Positions 38,298 through 48,545 of a stretch of DNA of 61,870 nt are shown one piece after another (the first letter of the stretch is position 1; each line of letters begins with the position of its first letter). Under the pieces are notes generated by a model that searched no databases, was not told the origin of the DNA, and was given only the letters and a program-made list of their open reading frames with translations. Source of the stretch: Candidatus Helarchaeota archaeon (lineage in GTDB: Archaea; Asgardarchaeota; Lokiarchaeia; Helarchaeales; RDOG01); the NCBI GenBank assembly GCA_029838215.1, contig JALGVI010000008.1:1-61870 (forward strand), given 5' to 3'. A program made the translations under genes and the position numbers.

Positions 38298-38829
38298 GGT
38301 GATCTCCTAACTCCTTGACGATTTTCAACATTAAAGGAAAGATTTTTTTCTTGTATCTTTTCATGCCGATATTCATGTATTGGTGAAATCGGTCATTCAT
38401 GACTCTTGCTAAATCTGAGTTTTCAAAAAATCGATAATAGACATGATGCTCCTTCCTCTTTCTATCAAAGACCGTCAAATTTGGCTCTACTCGAAGATCC
38501 CGTGCTTGGATTTGAATTTCTCTGAAAGGATGCTCGGGATAATCTTCTTCAAGAGAAATTCCGTATCGTTTCATATATTCTTCATCTGAAAACGGATGGA
38601 TTATGTAAAAAGTTGGCGAATACGTGTCGTCCTTCCCAAATTCGAAGAAATAGCCTGCTTGTCGAAATAATTCTCTATAGAAATCGAATTTACTTGCGAG
38701 ATATGAATTACCGGCTAATCGCAAATTCATTGCAGTTAATAATCGTTTTTCATTTTTCTCCTTCAAAATGATCTTTCTATAGGACATGCCAAGAAAAATA
38801 TGATAGCGATCTTCTTTTATTTTATTCAA
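38281..38829 (-). CDS. Hypothetical protein
   Basis: 182 aa ORF coupled to neighbours by overlap or 1-nt gap. Confidence 0.55.
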   Translation of the reverse strand: MNKIKEDRYHIFLGMSYRKIILKEKNEKRLLTAMNLRLAGNSYLASKFDFYRELFRQAGYFFEFGKDDTYSPTFYIIHPFSDEEYMKRYGISLEEDYPEHPFREIQIQARDLRVEPNLTVFDRKRKEHHVYYRFFENSDLARVMNDRFHQYMNIGMKRYKKKIFPLMLKIVKELGDHLERKK

Positions 38830-38830
38830 T

Positions 38831-40606
38831 CTAAAGCGACTGGTCGGGCAAAGTGAATAATTCTTTTTCTCTTCGTTTTTTCTCGAATTCTCTTTTTAGG
38901 ATGTAATAAATTGAGCCAAAACAAACGCCGCCTGCGGTTATGAGAAAGATGTTCCTAAATGTCATGTTGAACGTGAATTGTTGAGCAACAGCAGGAATGA
39001 AAAATGCGAATGGTATTTGAACGAAGTAATCTCCAATAAACCAGATCTCAACGGTTCCGAAAAGAAGAAGCGTGATATAACCGCTATATTTTAGGAGAAC
39101 AAGTCCATCAAAAGTTCCCGGGAGAAACTTGTCGGGAGGAATTTCATTCAATAATGAGATGGAATGCCAGAAGTCATGAACGCTTTGAAACAGTATCCAG
39201 ATTACATAGCCGAGATGTAACCCAAATACGGCCAATAGCGAATAATTTAGAACTTGCCAAAGGAGACCTGCCAGACCTGTTACCATGAAAATTGTTCCAA
39301 ACCGGAGAATAGCAGAACCATGAATCAACGAGAAAAAGCTCATCATTACAGCAACAGCAAAGAAGAAAGAGTGGGGTGAATTGAATGTACTCCAAAAATG
39401 GAACTTTTGCTCTTCTACTTTATCTGGCTTCAAATAGGGTAAGAATTCTCCTACAAAATCGTGCGTGATTGTCTTCAATTTTCTTGCCACGATCATGATA
39501 ATTACGACAGCACTTGCCTCGAGAAAAAGAAAAACCAAAATGTAAGGGTAGATAAAATGAATGATTAAATTGCCTGCTAACATTTCCGTGAAATAACAGA
39601 AAAGAGGAATGCAGACCATTAGGCCACTCATTATGATGAAAAATGTCCAAGATAATGTTAGAAAAGGGCTGAGTTGTTCCATGTCTTTGAAGTTTAGGCT
39701 TTCACCATTAAAGATCTTATAATAATAGATCATTAAAGCGATTATACCCATTAAATCAAGGACCAAGACGATCACGTCAACTTCCCATTCATACGTGGAG
39801 CCGAGAATCATGAATTTATCAAAAATATCTTTCATTAAAAGCAAGAACGGTATTAAGAAGAAGGCAAATGTAGAGATTGTAGCAATTTTTTGCAAGCTTG
39901 ATGCATTTCTAGAATAGTTGCCATTCTTTATTGAATTTGCAAGAAAAACTACAAGCGGCAATGTAAAAAATATGCCTTCAGTAAAAAGGAAAATCAAAAT
40001 CCCTAAAAAAGTCAAGATATTTAATGCTAATAATTCTCCTAATGGGTTCTTGTCTATTTTAGTATTATCTACTTCCCAAAATGAAAAGTGATGAATCATG
40101 CTACTAATGTTCATGCATTGAAAAATCACGAAGAAAGATTGAAGAAATAGGATGGCAGTTGCGCCCCAATACACGACAAAATACGGTATGATGAAAGGAT
40201 TTTCGAGAATTGCTACAGGTATTAATGTCCAGCGATTCATGACGAAAAATGGAAGAAATAAGAAAAAAAATAGGAAGGAAATATTAATGAACTTATCCTT
40301 TTTTTTCTTAAACGTTTTATTTAGCCATTTCTTTGTATCGTCGATGTACTCATTTTTCACGTGTTCGTCAATGGTCGTATTTGAAATCAAGATATCATGA
40401 GTCTTTGTAATGCGTGACTTGAGAATTTTTGGCATGATGAACGTAAAAGGTAATACCAATGGAAGAAAAAATACGCTATAGGATGTAAAAAATAAAAATC
40501 GAACGTTTTCCAAGATGAAAAACATGGGAAATGAGCTGATAAAATAAAAAATGGTCGCAATGGCAACGATAACGATGCGATTTCTCATTTTTTTGGTGTT
40601 CCTCAT
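38831..40606 (-). CDS. Polytopic membrane protein (~13-14 TM)
   Basis: 591 aa, very hydrophobic; overlaps the upstream gene by 4 nt. Confidence 0.65.
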   Translation of the reverse strand: MRNTKKMRNRIVIVAIATIFYFISSFPMFFILENVRFLFFTSYSVFFLPLVLPFTFIMPKILKSRITKTHDILISNTTIDEHVKNEYIDDTKKWLNKTFKKKKDKFINISFLFFFLFLPFFVMNRWTLIPVAILENPFIIPYFVVYWGATAILFLQSFFVIFQCMNISSMIHHFSFWEVDNTKIDKNPLGELLALNILTFLGILIFLFTEGIFFTLPLVVFLANSIKNGNYSRNASSLQKIATISTFAFFLIPFLLLMKDIFDKFMILGSTYEWEVDVIVLVLDLMGIIALMIYYYKIFNGESLNFKDMEQLSPFLTLSWTFFIIMSGLMVCIPLFCYFTEMLAGNLIIHFIYPYILVFLFLEASAVVIIMIVARKLKTITHDFVGEFLPYLKPDKVEEQKFHFWSTFNSPHSFFFAVAVMMSFFSLIHGSAILRFGTIFMVTGLAGLLWQVLNYSLLAVFGLHLGYVIWILFQSVHDFWHSISLLNEIPPDKFLPGTFDGLVLLKYSGYITLLLFGTVEIWFIGDYFVQIPFAFFIPAVAQQFTFNMTFRNIFLITAGGVCFGSIYYILKREFEKKRREKELFTLPDQSL

Positions 40607-41616
40607 TTATTATTAGAAAATTCCTGTTCAGATGCGAGTTTAGCTAGCTTTGATTTTTTACTTTTAATTTTTACGATTGGATGAAGCCGCCAGATATCCA
40701 TTAGATATCCTCCGAATTGAGATCCAGCCAGTGTCATGATGATGATTAGAGGAAAAAGTGCTGCGAAAGTGAAAAGACTTGAAACTCCCAAATAGACAAG
40801 TGAAAGTCCAAATATTCGAATGGAGCTATCATTCGCAAGGAACGTGAAGAGAATCCAATTCTGAACGATTAAGAACCCAATTTGCGTGAATGCAATGGTA
40901 TATCCCCGCTTTCGGTTTCCAGCAATGAAGCCCGCTATGAAAGCACTAGGTAAATACATGATCAGCACGGGGAAATTCAAAGCAAATATCAGGATGAGAG
41001 TCGAGATCATGAAATGCGTGAAAAGCCAATCTGCCCAAATTTGCCATTCTGAAGGGTTTATCGTGATTTTTTGGAAAAAAACTTGGAGATATGCTGAATA
41101 ACTCTGGATATAAGTATATAATAACGTCAACGTGATATTATCTGTTGTCCAGAAAAAAAGAAACGTTAATAACGCCAACCCTACAATAATTGCGAATGAT
41201 AACGTTAATTTATTTCGTGGATAGGTTCTCAATCGAACTATTTTATCCAGTTGACGTGTAAAAATCTGAAATTTTTCTATGTTTGAAGACAAGTGAGCAT
41301 CCGGAAATTTGGATAGAAATGAATCGTGAATTTTTCGGAGAATTTTTTGAACGTGATTTAGGTTATCACGTGGATCGCAAATAGCCGCAATGGTCAAGTG
41401 CGAATCGGGATGCTTGTAAAGCACGAGTTGTCCAATATCTAGATCAAGGCTATTCAAATGAGAACCACGAATTGCTTCCTTTGAGAAATCAGATATGGCA
41501 GTTAAGAACCCTGTAATGAGTTGTTCATCGAGTCCAAAGGCACCTCCCCAGTTATGCGTGTAAATGGCGAGTCCTGCTTCATTTATGATGTAAAGGTCCA
41601 TCAGCATTGTAAGCAA
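40603..41616 (-). CDS. Longin-like N-terminal domain fused to multi-pass membrane domain
   Basis: DLYIINEAGLAIY..LDEQLITGFLTAISDFSKE..LNSLDL..LVLY..LRKIHDSFLSKF, then 4-5 TMs. Confidence 0.7.
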   Translation of the reverse strand: MLTMLMDLYIINEAGLAIYTHNWGGAFGLDEQLITGFLTAISDFSKEAIRGSHLNSLDLDIGQLVLYKHPDSHLTIAAICDPRDNLNHVQKILRKIHDSFLSKFPDAHLSSNIEKFQIFTRQLDKIVRLRTYPRNKLTLSFAIIVGLALLTFLFFWTTDNITLTLLYTYIQSYSAYLQVFFQKITINPSEWQIWADWLFTHFMISTLILIFALNFPVLIMYLPSAFIAGFIAGNRKRGYTIAFTQIGFLIVQNWILFTFLANDSSIRIFGLSLVYLGVSSLFTFAALFPLIIIMTLAGSQFGGYLMDIWRLHPIVKIKSKKSKLAKLASEQEFSNNK

Positions 41617-41631
41617 CCAGCGACATTCTTG

Positions 41632-42561
41632 TTATTTTTGTTTTTTTCCGGAACTATATAAAATCTCTTTTTCAGGAGGTATGGGATAAAAGTATCTTTT
41701 TTCCAACGATAGCCCACCAATGTAAATAAAAATGAAACACGATAAGAGGTATAGGGGGAGGTATAAGATTATTATGAGATTGATTGTTATGGCATTTATT
41801 GACAATTCAAAGACTCTAGCACGTTGGGCCTGCCCTGCAACAAATCCTAATAACCAGTTGCTGACTAAGAATGTCCCCACGAGGATTAGTGTCAATCCAA
41901 ATGCATGCTTCCACTTTGAACTCCCTGAAATATATCCTATTGCAATTGCACTGGGCACGATTCCGATAAGGAGAAAAAATTGGAGTCGAGCGGTAATGCT
42001 TGCAAAATTAAAAAGATTCGTAAGGGGTTCGTAAGATGTTCCACCCGTGAAAAAATATCTACTTAGAAAATCACTTAAGAAATTTATCGTGATAAAAGAG
42101 AAGAGGACTAAAATTAATCCTCCAATGGCAAGACCCAGCAAATCCATTTGCCAACCACGCTTGCGGATTTTATTTTCCACGATTTGCTCTATCGTGGGAT
42201 CGAATTTTTCCCGAATTACTGAGATATCTAACTTTCCTTTGAGTAAATAATCCTTAAATTGCAAATAGAATGCTTCTGCAATTTCCATCAAGGTTTTTTT
42301 GATTAGAGAGAGATTGTCTTTTTGAGATGCCAATGCGGCAATAGTTATCTTTAGGGTCCGATCGAAGTGAATGACAAGTTGTTCGGTCTGAACATCTATT
42401 TTTGAGAGTTTTTCTCCCATTGTTTCTTTTGAGAAATCTGAAATTGCAGTCAAAAACCCCGAAAGTAGTTGATCATCGATTGTTGAATGAGCGAAGGATT
42501 TGTGGTATATTCCAAGACCACCTTCCGTGATAATAAACAAGTCGTAGATCATTCGGTTCAC
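41632..42561 (-). CDS. Longin-like N-terminal domain fused to multi-pass membrane domain (paralog)
   Basis: DLFIITEGGLGIY..IDDQLLSGFLTAISDFSKE..LSKIDV..LMEIAEAFYLQF, then ~4 TMs. Confidence 0.7.
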   Translation of the reverse strand: MNRMIYDLFIITEGGLGIYHKSFAHSTIDDQLLSGFLTAISDFSKETMGEKLSKIDVQTEQLVIHFDRTLKITIAALASQKDNLSLIKKTLMEIAEAFYLQFKDYLLKGKLDISVIREKFDPTIEQIVENKIRKRGWQMDLLGLAIGGLILVLFSFITINFLSDFLSRYFFTGGTSYEPLTNLFNFASITARLQFFLLIGIVPSAIAIGYISGSSKWKHAFGLTLILVGTFLVSNWLLGFVAGQAQRARVFELSINAITINLIIILYLPLYLLSCFIFIYIGGLSLEKRYFYPIPPEKEILYSSGKKQK

Positions 42562-42934
42562 TACATGTTATCGTTTTTCCTGCAGACATAAATCTATGGA
42601 AACGGATTTATTTTATTCTTTTCGTGGATGCAAAAGTCCTTTTATGTAAATATTGTTGGTGAAATCAAAAAACTTGGGAGCTGATTTTCATAAATAATGG
42701 GGAAAATTCATTTTTTGGTCGAAATCATTAATATTTCCATTCATCAGGAAGATTTCACGTATTTAATCGCTTATTCTAGTGAAATTCCTTCATTGATCTT
42801 CGTTATTAGAAAGATTTTTCTTATGGTTTTGCATGAAAGAATTGGAGATAAAATATCTTTTCGTATCTCAAGAAGACAATTAATTCCGAAAAGATCCAAC
42901 AAATTTATTTAAAATGGACATATTTTTTCGTTAG

Positions 42935-43762
42935 TTGGACGTGTATGCTCGTGAAAAAGGAAAGCGAAGATGGTTTTCAATGGTTGGTTTAATATCTGGC
43001 AAAAATATGCTCGTTACTGGTGCTGGTAGTGGAATTGGGCGGGCTATCGCCGTGCGAGGTGCAAGAGAGGGTGCAAACGTGATCGTGGTTGATATAAATT
43101 CACAAGGTGCTCGGGAAACGGCAGAATTAGTCAAAAAAGAAAACCAAAAAGCGATTACCATCATTCGTGATGTAAGCACGGCTGAAAACGTAAAGGAAAT
43201 CGTGAAGATTACCTATGAAAATTTTGATCGATTGGATATTTTAGTAAATAATGCTGGAATTGGGGGAACAAATCTCTCTCCCGTCATCAAGCTGGATGAA
43301 AAAGATTGGGATCGCATATTTCAAGTAAACATTCGGGCTGTCTTCTTGATGTGCAAGTATTTCTTGCGACACATGATTAAAAATGAGACTCCCCGGGATC
43401 AGATCCGTGGAAAAGTAATAAATATTGCTTCGCAGCGTGGCAAGACGGGAGGAGCAGGCCTTAGTGCTTATAGTGCTTCCAAAGCGGCTGTAATCAGCTT
43501 TACTCAATCTCTCGCTAAAGAAATGGGGCGAAAACGAATCACGGTGAATTGCATTTGTCCCGGAACGATTTATACGGGGATTTGGGGCGGTGCGACCATT
43601 GACCAAATAAAAGGTTTTGGTGGTGAAGTTCCTCTCAAGTATAAAAAAGTGGGTCTTCCTGAAGATGTGGCAGGCGTGGTCATGTTTTTAGCCTCGAAAG
43701 ATGCTGATTGGATGACGGGGCAAGCGGTTAATATTACCGGTGGCATGATCATGACTCGTTGA
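42935..43762 (+). CDS. Short-chain dehydrogenase/reductase
   Basis: TGAGSGIG, NNAG, YSASK, ITVNCICPG; probable start ATG 42980. Confidence 0.9.
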   Translation: MDVYAREKGKRRWFSMVGLISGKNMLVTGAGSGIGRAIAVRGAREGANVIVVDINSQGARETAELVKKENQKAITIIRDVSTAENVKEIVKITYENFDRLDILVNNAGIGGTNLSPVIKLDEKDWDRIFQVNIRAVFLMCKYFLRHMIKNETPRDQIRGKVINIASQRGKTGGAGLSAYSASKAAVISFTQSLAKEMGRKRITVNCICPGTIYTGIWGGATIDQIKGFGGEVPLKYKKVGLPEDVAGVVMFLASKDADWMTGQAVNITGGMIMTR

Positions 43763-43780
43763 TTTTTCTTATAAAAAAAA

Positions 43781-45508
43781 ATGGTAATGAAAATGACCGA
43801 AGAAATTAAAACTGGTGGAGATTTATTTATTGAAGCCATGTTGGCTGAAAATGTTCGTTATCTCTTTGGAATTCCAGGGGGACAAATGTTACCCATGTAT
43901 GATGCGGTACAAAGATGGGGACGAGAACAAGGCATAGATACGATTAATTTTCGGCATGAACAGGCGGCAGCTCATGCTGCTGATGCTTGGTCTCGATTGA
44001 CTGGCAAGCCCGGCGTGTGTTTTGGGACTGTCGGTCCCGGGACGACTCATTTGGTGCCGGGAGTTGCTTGTGCTCAGGCAGATAATATTCCAATGGTTGT
44101 GGTTGCTCCAACCGTGGCATATAACTTGAGTGATAGTTTTGGCTTACAAAGCGGATTAGATCAGATGAATTTAATGAAACCAATAACAAAATATCAGAAA
44201 CACGTTGAAAAAACGGATGAAATACCAACGTCCATTCAAAAAGCATTTCGACAAACCACGACAGGTCGACCGGGTCCTGTTTTTCTGGAAATCACGAAGG
44301 AAGCTTTTTATGGTCGCACGGAACTGAAACATCCCATTTCTGAGCCATCTGATTATCGTCCTGTTCTTGGAGGCGAAGGTCACCCTGAATTGATCAAGCA
44401 GGCTGCGAAACTCATCATTAAGAGCAAGGAGCCCGTGATGATTGCAGGCGGTGGCGTGATCATGGCGGGAGCATGGGAGGAATTTCGTGCGCTTTCAGCA
44501 TATTGCAAGATTCCTGCCATGACTACTTTCATGGGAATTGGTGCAATTTCAAGTGAGAGTGATACTTTTATTGGGGCAACAATGAGTTCACCTGCAGCAC
44601 AAAATGCTGGTCAATCGGATTTGGTTCTCGCTTTTGGGTGCAAGTTTTCGCACACGCTTGCTCTCGGAAGAGAACCGATGTGGAAGATTGATAAACAAAA
44701 ATTGGTTCACGTCGATATTGATCCGACCATGATCGGTCATAATAGGCCTGTGGATGTTGCCATTGTTGGTGATTGCAAGCTGGTTCTCAAGCAACTACTT
44801 GAAGAAATAAAAAGACTACAACCTGCTCCTGTTGAAAAACGCCCTTGGTTATCCGAGTTGAGAAGGGTAAGAGCGAATTCAATTGAGAGCGTGAATAAAC
44901 GAGCAATGAAAGAAGCACGTCCAATGCTTCCCGAAAGAATGTTAAAGGAAGTACTCGAATTCATCAATGAAGACGCGATTATCGTGATTGATGGTGGAGA
45001 TATTGTTCTTTATACACTTTTGCAGATTGATTTTTACAAGCCCCGCCCTCCTCGTTCAACATTAAATAGCGTATCAATGGGACATTTAGGTACAATCATT
45101 CCTTATGCGGTTGGTGCATGTCTTGCAAGACCTGATAAGCAAGTGGTTGGAATTACAGGAGACGGGTCATTTTTGTTCAACATACAAGAATTAGAAACAG
45201 CGGTTCGATATGATCTACCATTTATCATTATAGTTGCCAACAACTCGGCATGGGGCATGATAAAAGCCAATCAACAGCTCAACTTTAAAAAGAGATTCAT
45301 TGACACTGATTTTCCAGATATAAATTATGCTGATATTGCGAGGGGATTTGGTTGTCATGCTGAACGAATAAGTGATCCTGCGGAAATCAAGCCTGCACTT
45401 AAAAGAGCTGTTGATTCAAAAAAGCCATCAGTTCTTGACATTATCATTGATTTCAAAATTCCTAAAATCCGAAAATTACTTGCAAGTATTGGTTTGTCGC
45501 TCGGCTAA
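43781..45508 (+). CDS. Thiamine diphosphate-binding enzyme (acetolactate synthase large subunit-like)
   Basis: FGIPGG, RHEQAAAHAADA, GPG, GRPGPV, GDGSF..NNSAWGM. Confidence 0.88.
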   Translation: MVMKMTEEIKTGGDLFIEAMLAENVRYLFGIPGGQMLPMYDAVQRWGREQGIDTINFRHEQAAAHAADAWSRLTGKPGVCFGTVGPGTTHLVPGVACAQADNIPMVVVAPTVAYNLSDSFGLQSGLDQMNLMKPITKYQKHVEKTDEIPTSIQKAFRQTTTGRPGPVFLEITKEAFYGRTELKHPISEPSDYRPVLGGEGHPELIKQAAKLIIKSKEPVMIAGGGVIMAGAWEEFRALSAYCKIPAMTTFMGIGAISSESDTFIGATMSSPAAQNAGQSDLVLAFGCKFSHTLALGREPMWKIDKQKLVHVDIDPTMIGHNRPVDVAIVGDCKLVLKQLLEEIKRLQPAPVEKRPWLSELRRVRANSIESVNKRAMKEARPMLPERMLKEVLEFINEDAIIVIDGGDIVLYTLLQIDFYKPRPPRSTLNSVSMGHLGTIIPYAVGACLARPDKQVVGITGDGSFLFNIQELETAVRYDLPFIIIVANNSAWGMIKANQQLNFKKRFIDTDFPDINYADIARGFGCHAERISDPAEIKPALKRAVDSKKPSVLDIIIDFKIPKIRKLLASIGLSLG

Positions 45509-45517
45509 CAAGGAGAA

Positions 45518-46807
45518 TTGGTGTGGTTCATGAAAACAAGATCAATTTCAGAGATACAAGACAAAATCAAGCGTGGAACTGCCGTAGTGATGACTGCACA
45601 AGAGTTGGCAGAGGCCGTTGAAGATGGACAGCGTTTTACATTTGATGATATTGACGTGGTAACAACTGCCACTAAAGGAATCATGAGTGGAACCTCTGCA
45701 ATATTTTCGTTTCGTGTGGCAGGGAAAGGTGTTTTCAAGCGAGCTCTTGAGACTAAGATGAATGGAATTCGATGTTTTGTTGGTCCCTGTCCAAATGAAA
45801 CTTTAGGGATGGTCGATTTAATCGTTCATGGCACGTCTAAAAGCATTGAAAAACCTCGATATGGAGGAGGTCATCTTTTTAGAGACTTGGTTGAAGGAAA
45901 AACCATTGATGTAGAAGTCTTGCCTACAGACGGTGACATAATTAAAACAACCATTACTCTCGACGAAATGTTTTATGCAAAAATGTTAGGCATTCGACAA
46001 TCCTTCCGGAATTATAACGCTTTCATGAACCCTCAGAAGGACCCTGTAGATACCATTTTTAGCATAACAAAAATGCCCGGCAAGTGTCAGGGCATTACGT
46101 TTTGCGGTTGCGGGATCATTAATCCGCTTCAGAATGATCCAAATCTGGAAGTCATCGGTGTTGGAACACCCATCTTGATGAATGGAGCTTTGGGTCGCGT
46201 CATTGGTGAGGGCACGCGCAGTTCATGGGCAAAACCAAATTTGATGTCCTTAGCCAACATGTTTGACATGAAACCGCAATATCTCGGAGGGTTCAACACG
46301 AGCGAAGGTCCTGAGACAATCTGTACTTGGGCAGTACCCATTCCCATTGTCAATGAAAGAATCTTTAAAGGTCTGAAATTCGTGGATTCAAATGTTCCCC
46401 TAAACGTTGTAAATGTTTTAGGACGTAATCCCATCTTCCAGATCGACTACGGAAAAGTATGGAAAAGAAATTTCTACGTTTCTTTTGAACCTGACAAGTG
46501 TCTTAAATGTGAACCGTGTCCAATAGAAACAATTTGTCCAACAAGTTGTTTTACGGTCGAGGGCGGAATTGACAAGAATTACTGCTTTAATTGTGGAACT
46601 TGTGTTAGAAATTGCCCTGAAAATGCTTTTAAAGGAGACCTCGGTGAAATAAAACACGAAAACAAGCTCATCAAGATCGTTGGACGGCAAAGTGATCGTC
46701 ATGGTGCAATTCAAATCATGGATGAATTGAAACACCGCATTCTAAATGGTGAGTTTCCATTAAATCTTCCTATCGAGCGTCTATCATTCAAGGTCGATAA
46801 TTATTGA
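45518..46807 (+). CDS. Methanogenesis marker 16-like metalloprotein (DUF39/homocysteine-synthesis related, with ferredoxin insert)
   Basis: VDVVTTAT.GIMSGT, GPCPNE.LG.VD, YGGGHLFRDL, NPLQNDP; CLKCEPCP..CP and CFNCGTCVRNCP clusters. Confidence 0.8.
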   Translation: MVWFMKTRSISEIQDKIKRGTAVVMTAQELAEAVEDGQRFTFDDIDVVTTATKGIMSGTSAIFSFRVAGKGVFKRALETKMNGIRCFVGPCPNETLGMVDLIVHGTSKSIEKPRYGGGHLFRDLVEGKTIDVEVLPTDGDIIKTTITLDEMFYAKMLGIRQSFRNYNAFMNPQKDPVDTIFSITKMPGKCQGITFCGCGIINPLQNDPNLEVIGVGTPILMNGALGRVIGEGTRSSWAKPNLMSLANMFDMKPQYLGGFNTSEGPETICTWAVPIPIVNERIFKGLKFVDSNVPLNVVNVLGRNPIFQIDYGKVWKRNFYVSFEPDKCLKCEPCPIETICPTSCFTVEGGIDKNYCFNCGTCVRNCPENAFKGDLGEIKHENKLIKIVGRQSDRHGAIQIMDELKHRILNGEFPLNLPIERLSFKVDNY

Positions 46808-47002
46808 GTTCAATTTATCTCCTTAAAACGTGAAGATAAAGCATTTTCTATAAAGTTAATAACTTTTCCTTCTATTTTTATTAAGTTTTAGAAGAAAATT
46901 CCGTTTTGGTTGTTTTAGTATTCCTTGAAAGCTTTTTTTCTGTTCAGCAAGTATTAATAATCTTAAATCGAAAAAGTTTCCCATTCAATTCATTTCAAGA
47001 CG

Positions 47003-47956
47003 ATGATTTGCATGACTCTAAGTGAAAACTCAATTTTGAAGGCATTGACTCCAGATAACGTCAAACGTGCTATTCCTCTAGGATTTGGACTATTAAAGCG
47101 TGCTGCTAAGAAACGACCTCTTGCCGTGAATTATGATCTAACATATTCCTGTAATCTAAGATGTGAACATTGTTATTTTTCACGTGCTGTAGAAGAGAAG
47201 CGACTTCAAAACCAATCGTTAGATGAATTGACTGACGAACAATGGATTAAGACTTTCCGTTATCACCACTCATTAGGAATTAACTCTGCGGCTTTAACAG
47301 GTGGTGAGCCTACTCTCCGCATGAACCTCATCAAAGAAGCCGTTGACATATTTCCAATGGTTCAGATTGCCACGAATGGGCTCATCAAGATGCCAAAATT
47401 TCCCGGAAAACAACCCGTGATATGGACATCACTTGATGGTCGTCCTGAAACTCATAATGCAATTCGTGGGGCTGAAGTATTTGACCGAGTGATCGAAAAC
47501 ATCCAAAATGACAAGCGAATTTTCATTTCAATGGCGGTTAGTGCCTCAAATTATGATGAAATTGACGTGGTTGCTAAAATTGCCCACGATGCTAATGTTC
47601 GAGGGCTTTTCTTCCTTTTCTACACGGGCTATCCGGGAGACCCATTGCTTCTTAAAGGAAAAAGTCTTCGCAAAGCCGTGAAAGGAATTTCTAAAGCAAT
47701 GATGGAATATGGCGATTTTATCGTTATTTCGAAAAAAATGATCGAAACATATGTCACGAAATCTCACGTCCCGACTTGCATTTTCAAGAATGGCGGCGTC
47801 CAAAGTTTTTACCCAAATGGAAAACGAAAATATTGCGTGATGGGGAACAGTCCCGCCTTGTGTGCTAATTGTGGGTGCATAGTTCCCGTGGCATCTCATT
47901 GTCTCGCCAAATTCGATCCGGAAACGATTGAGAAATTAAAGAAATTTCCGTTTTAA
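47003..47956 (+). CDS. Radical SAM protein
   Basis: CNLRCEHC, LTGGEP, SLDG; C-terminal Cys cluster (YCVMG..CANCGC). Confidence 0.85.
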   Translation: MICMTLSENSILKALTPDNVKRAIPLGFGLLKRAAKKRPLAVNYDLTYSCNLRCEHCYFSRAVEEKRLQNQSLDELTDEQWIKTFRYHHSLGINSAALTGGEPTLRMNLIKEAVDIFPMVQIATNGLIKMPKFPGKQPVIWTSLDGRPETHNAIRGAEVFDRVIENIQNDKRIFISMAVSASNYDEIDVVAKIAHDANVRGLFFLFYTGYPGDPLLLKGKSLRKAVKGISKAMMEYGDFIVISKKMIETYVTKSHVPTCIFKNGGVQSFYPNGKRKYCVMGNSPALCANCGCIVPVASHCLAKFDPETIEKLKKFPF

Positions 47957-48017
47957 TTTTTTTAATTCATGCAATTAAAGCAGTTAAATTAACATGAAAG
48001 ACAAAATAAGAAAGAAA

Positions 48018-48446
48018 TTAATCGATAATTACATTTTCTTCTGAGATATATCCATTTCTTTGAAGCCAACGGGCTTGAGATTTCGTGTATCGCAAGATTA
48101 TATCGCCCCTTTCATCGCTTTGCATTTCTGCCCACGGTTCAACTAAAACCCAGTCGTCTATTCGAATCCACATTCTTTTACGAATTTTTCCTCTTATACG
48201 ACAATTTCTGATCTTTTCATCCATGCATTGGACTTTTAACCAACCCGCTCCAAGTAATTGGATCACGATGCCCAGCACTTGATTCTCATTCGGGACGGTA
48301 ACACGCCGTTGGATGGTAGTAGGAGCATTATGACCGGCTCCTCCTCTATTTTTCTTTTTTCCAGCTTTCTTTTTTGGTATTATAACACTTCCTAAATTAA
48401 AACTCATGCACGTAATTTTTATCGGTGAAAATAAGCAAGACTTCAT
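48018..48446 (-). CDS. eif1a: Translation initiation factor aIF-1A
   Basis: VLGIVIQLLGAGWLKVQCMDEKIRNCRIRGKIRKRMWI..DWVLVEPW..GDIILRY; true start likely downstream of 48446. Confidence 0.92.
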   Translation of the reverse strand: MKSCLFSPIKITCMSFNLGSVIIPKKKAGKKKNRGGAGHNAPTTIQRRVTVPNENQVLGIVIQLLGAGWLKVQCMDEKIRNCRIRGKIRKRMWIRIDDWVLVEPWAEMQSDERGDIILRYTKSQARWLQRNGYISEENVIID

Positions 48447-48545
48447 TTAATGAAGATTATCTTAGCTCATGTTTAATTTTAATTATTTTTACTTTAATTT
48501 TTATTAAATGTTGTGCTTATTTTTTAATTCTTTATAAGTAAAAAG

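Noticed and set aside
42697-42912. Track ORF of 71 aa in the longin/SDR intergenic region
   Set aside because: No motif; composition looks like AT-rich intergenic noise.
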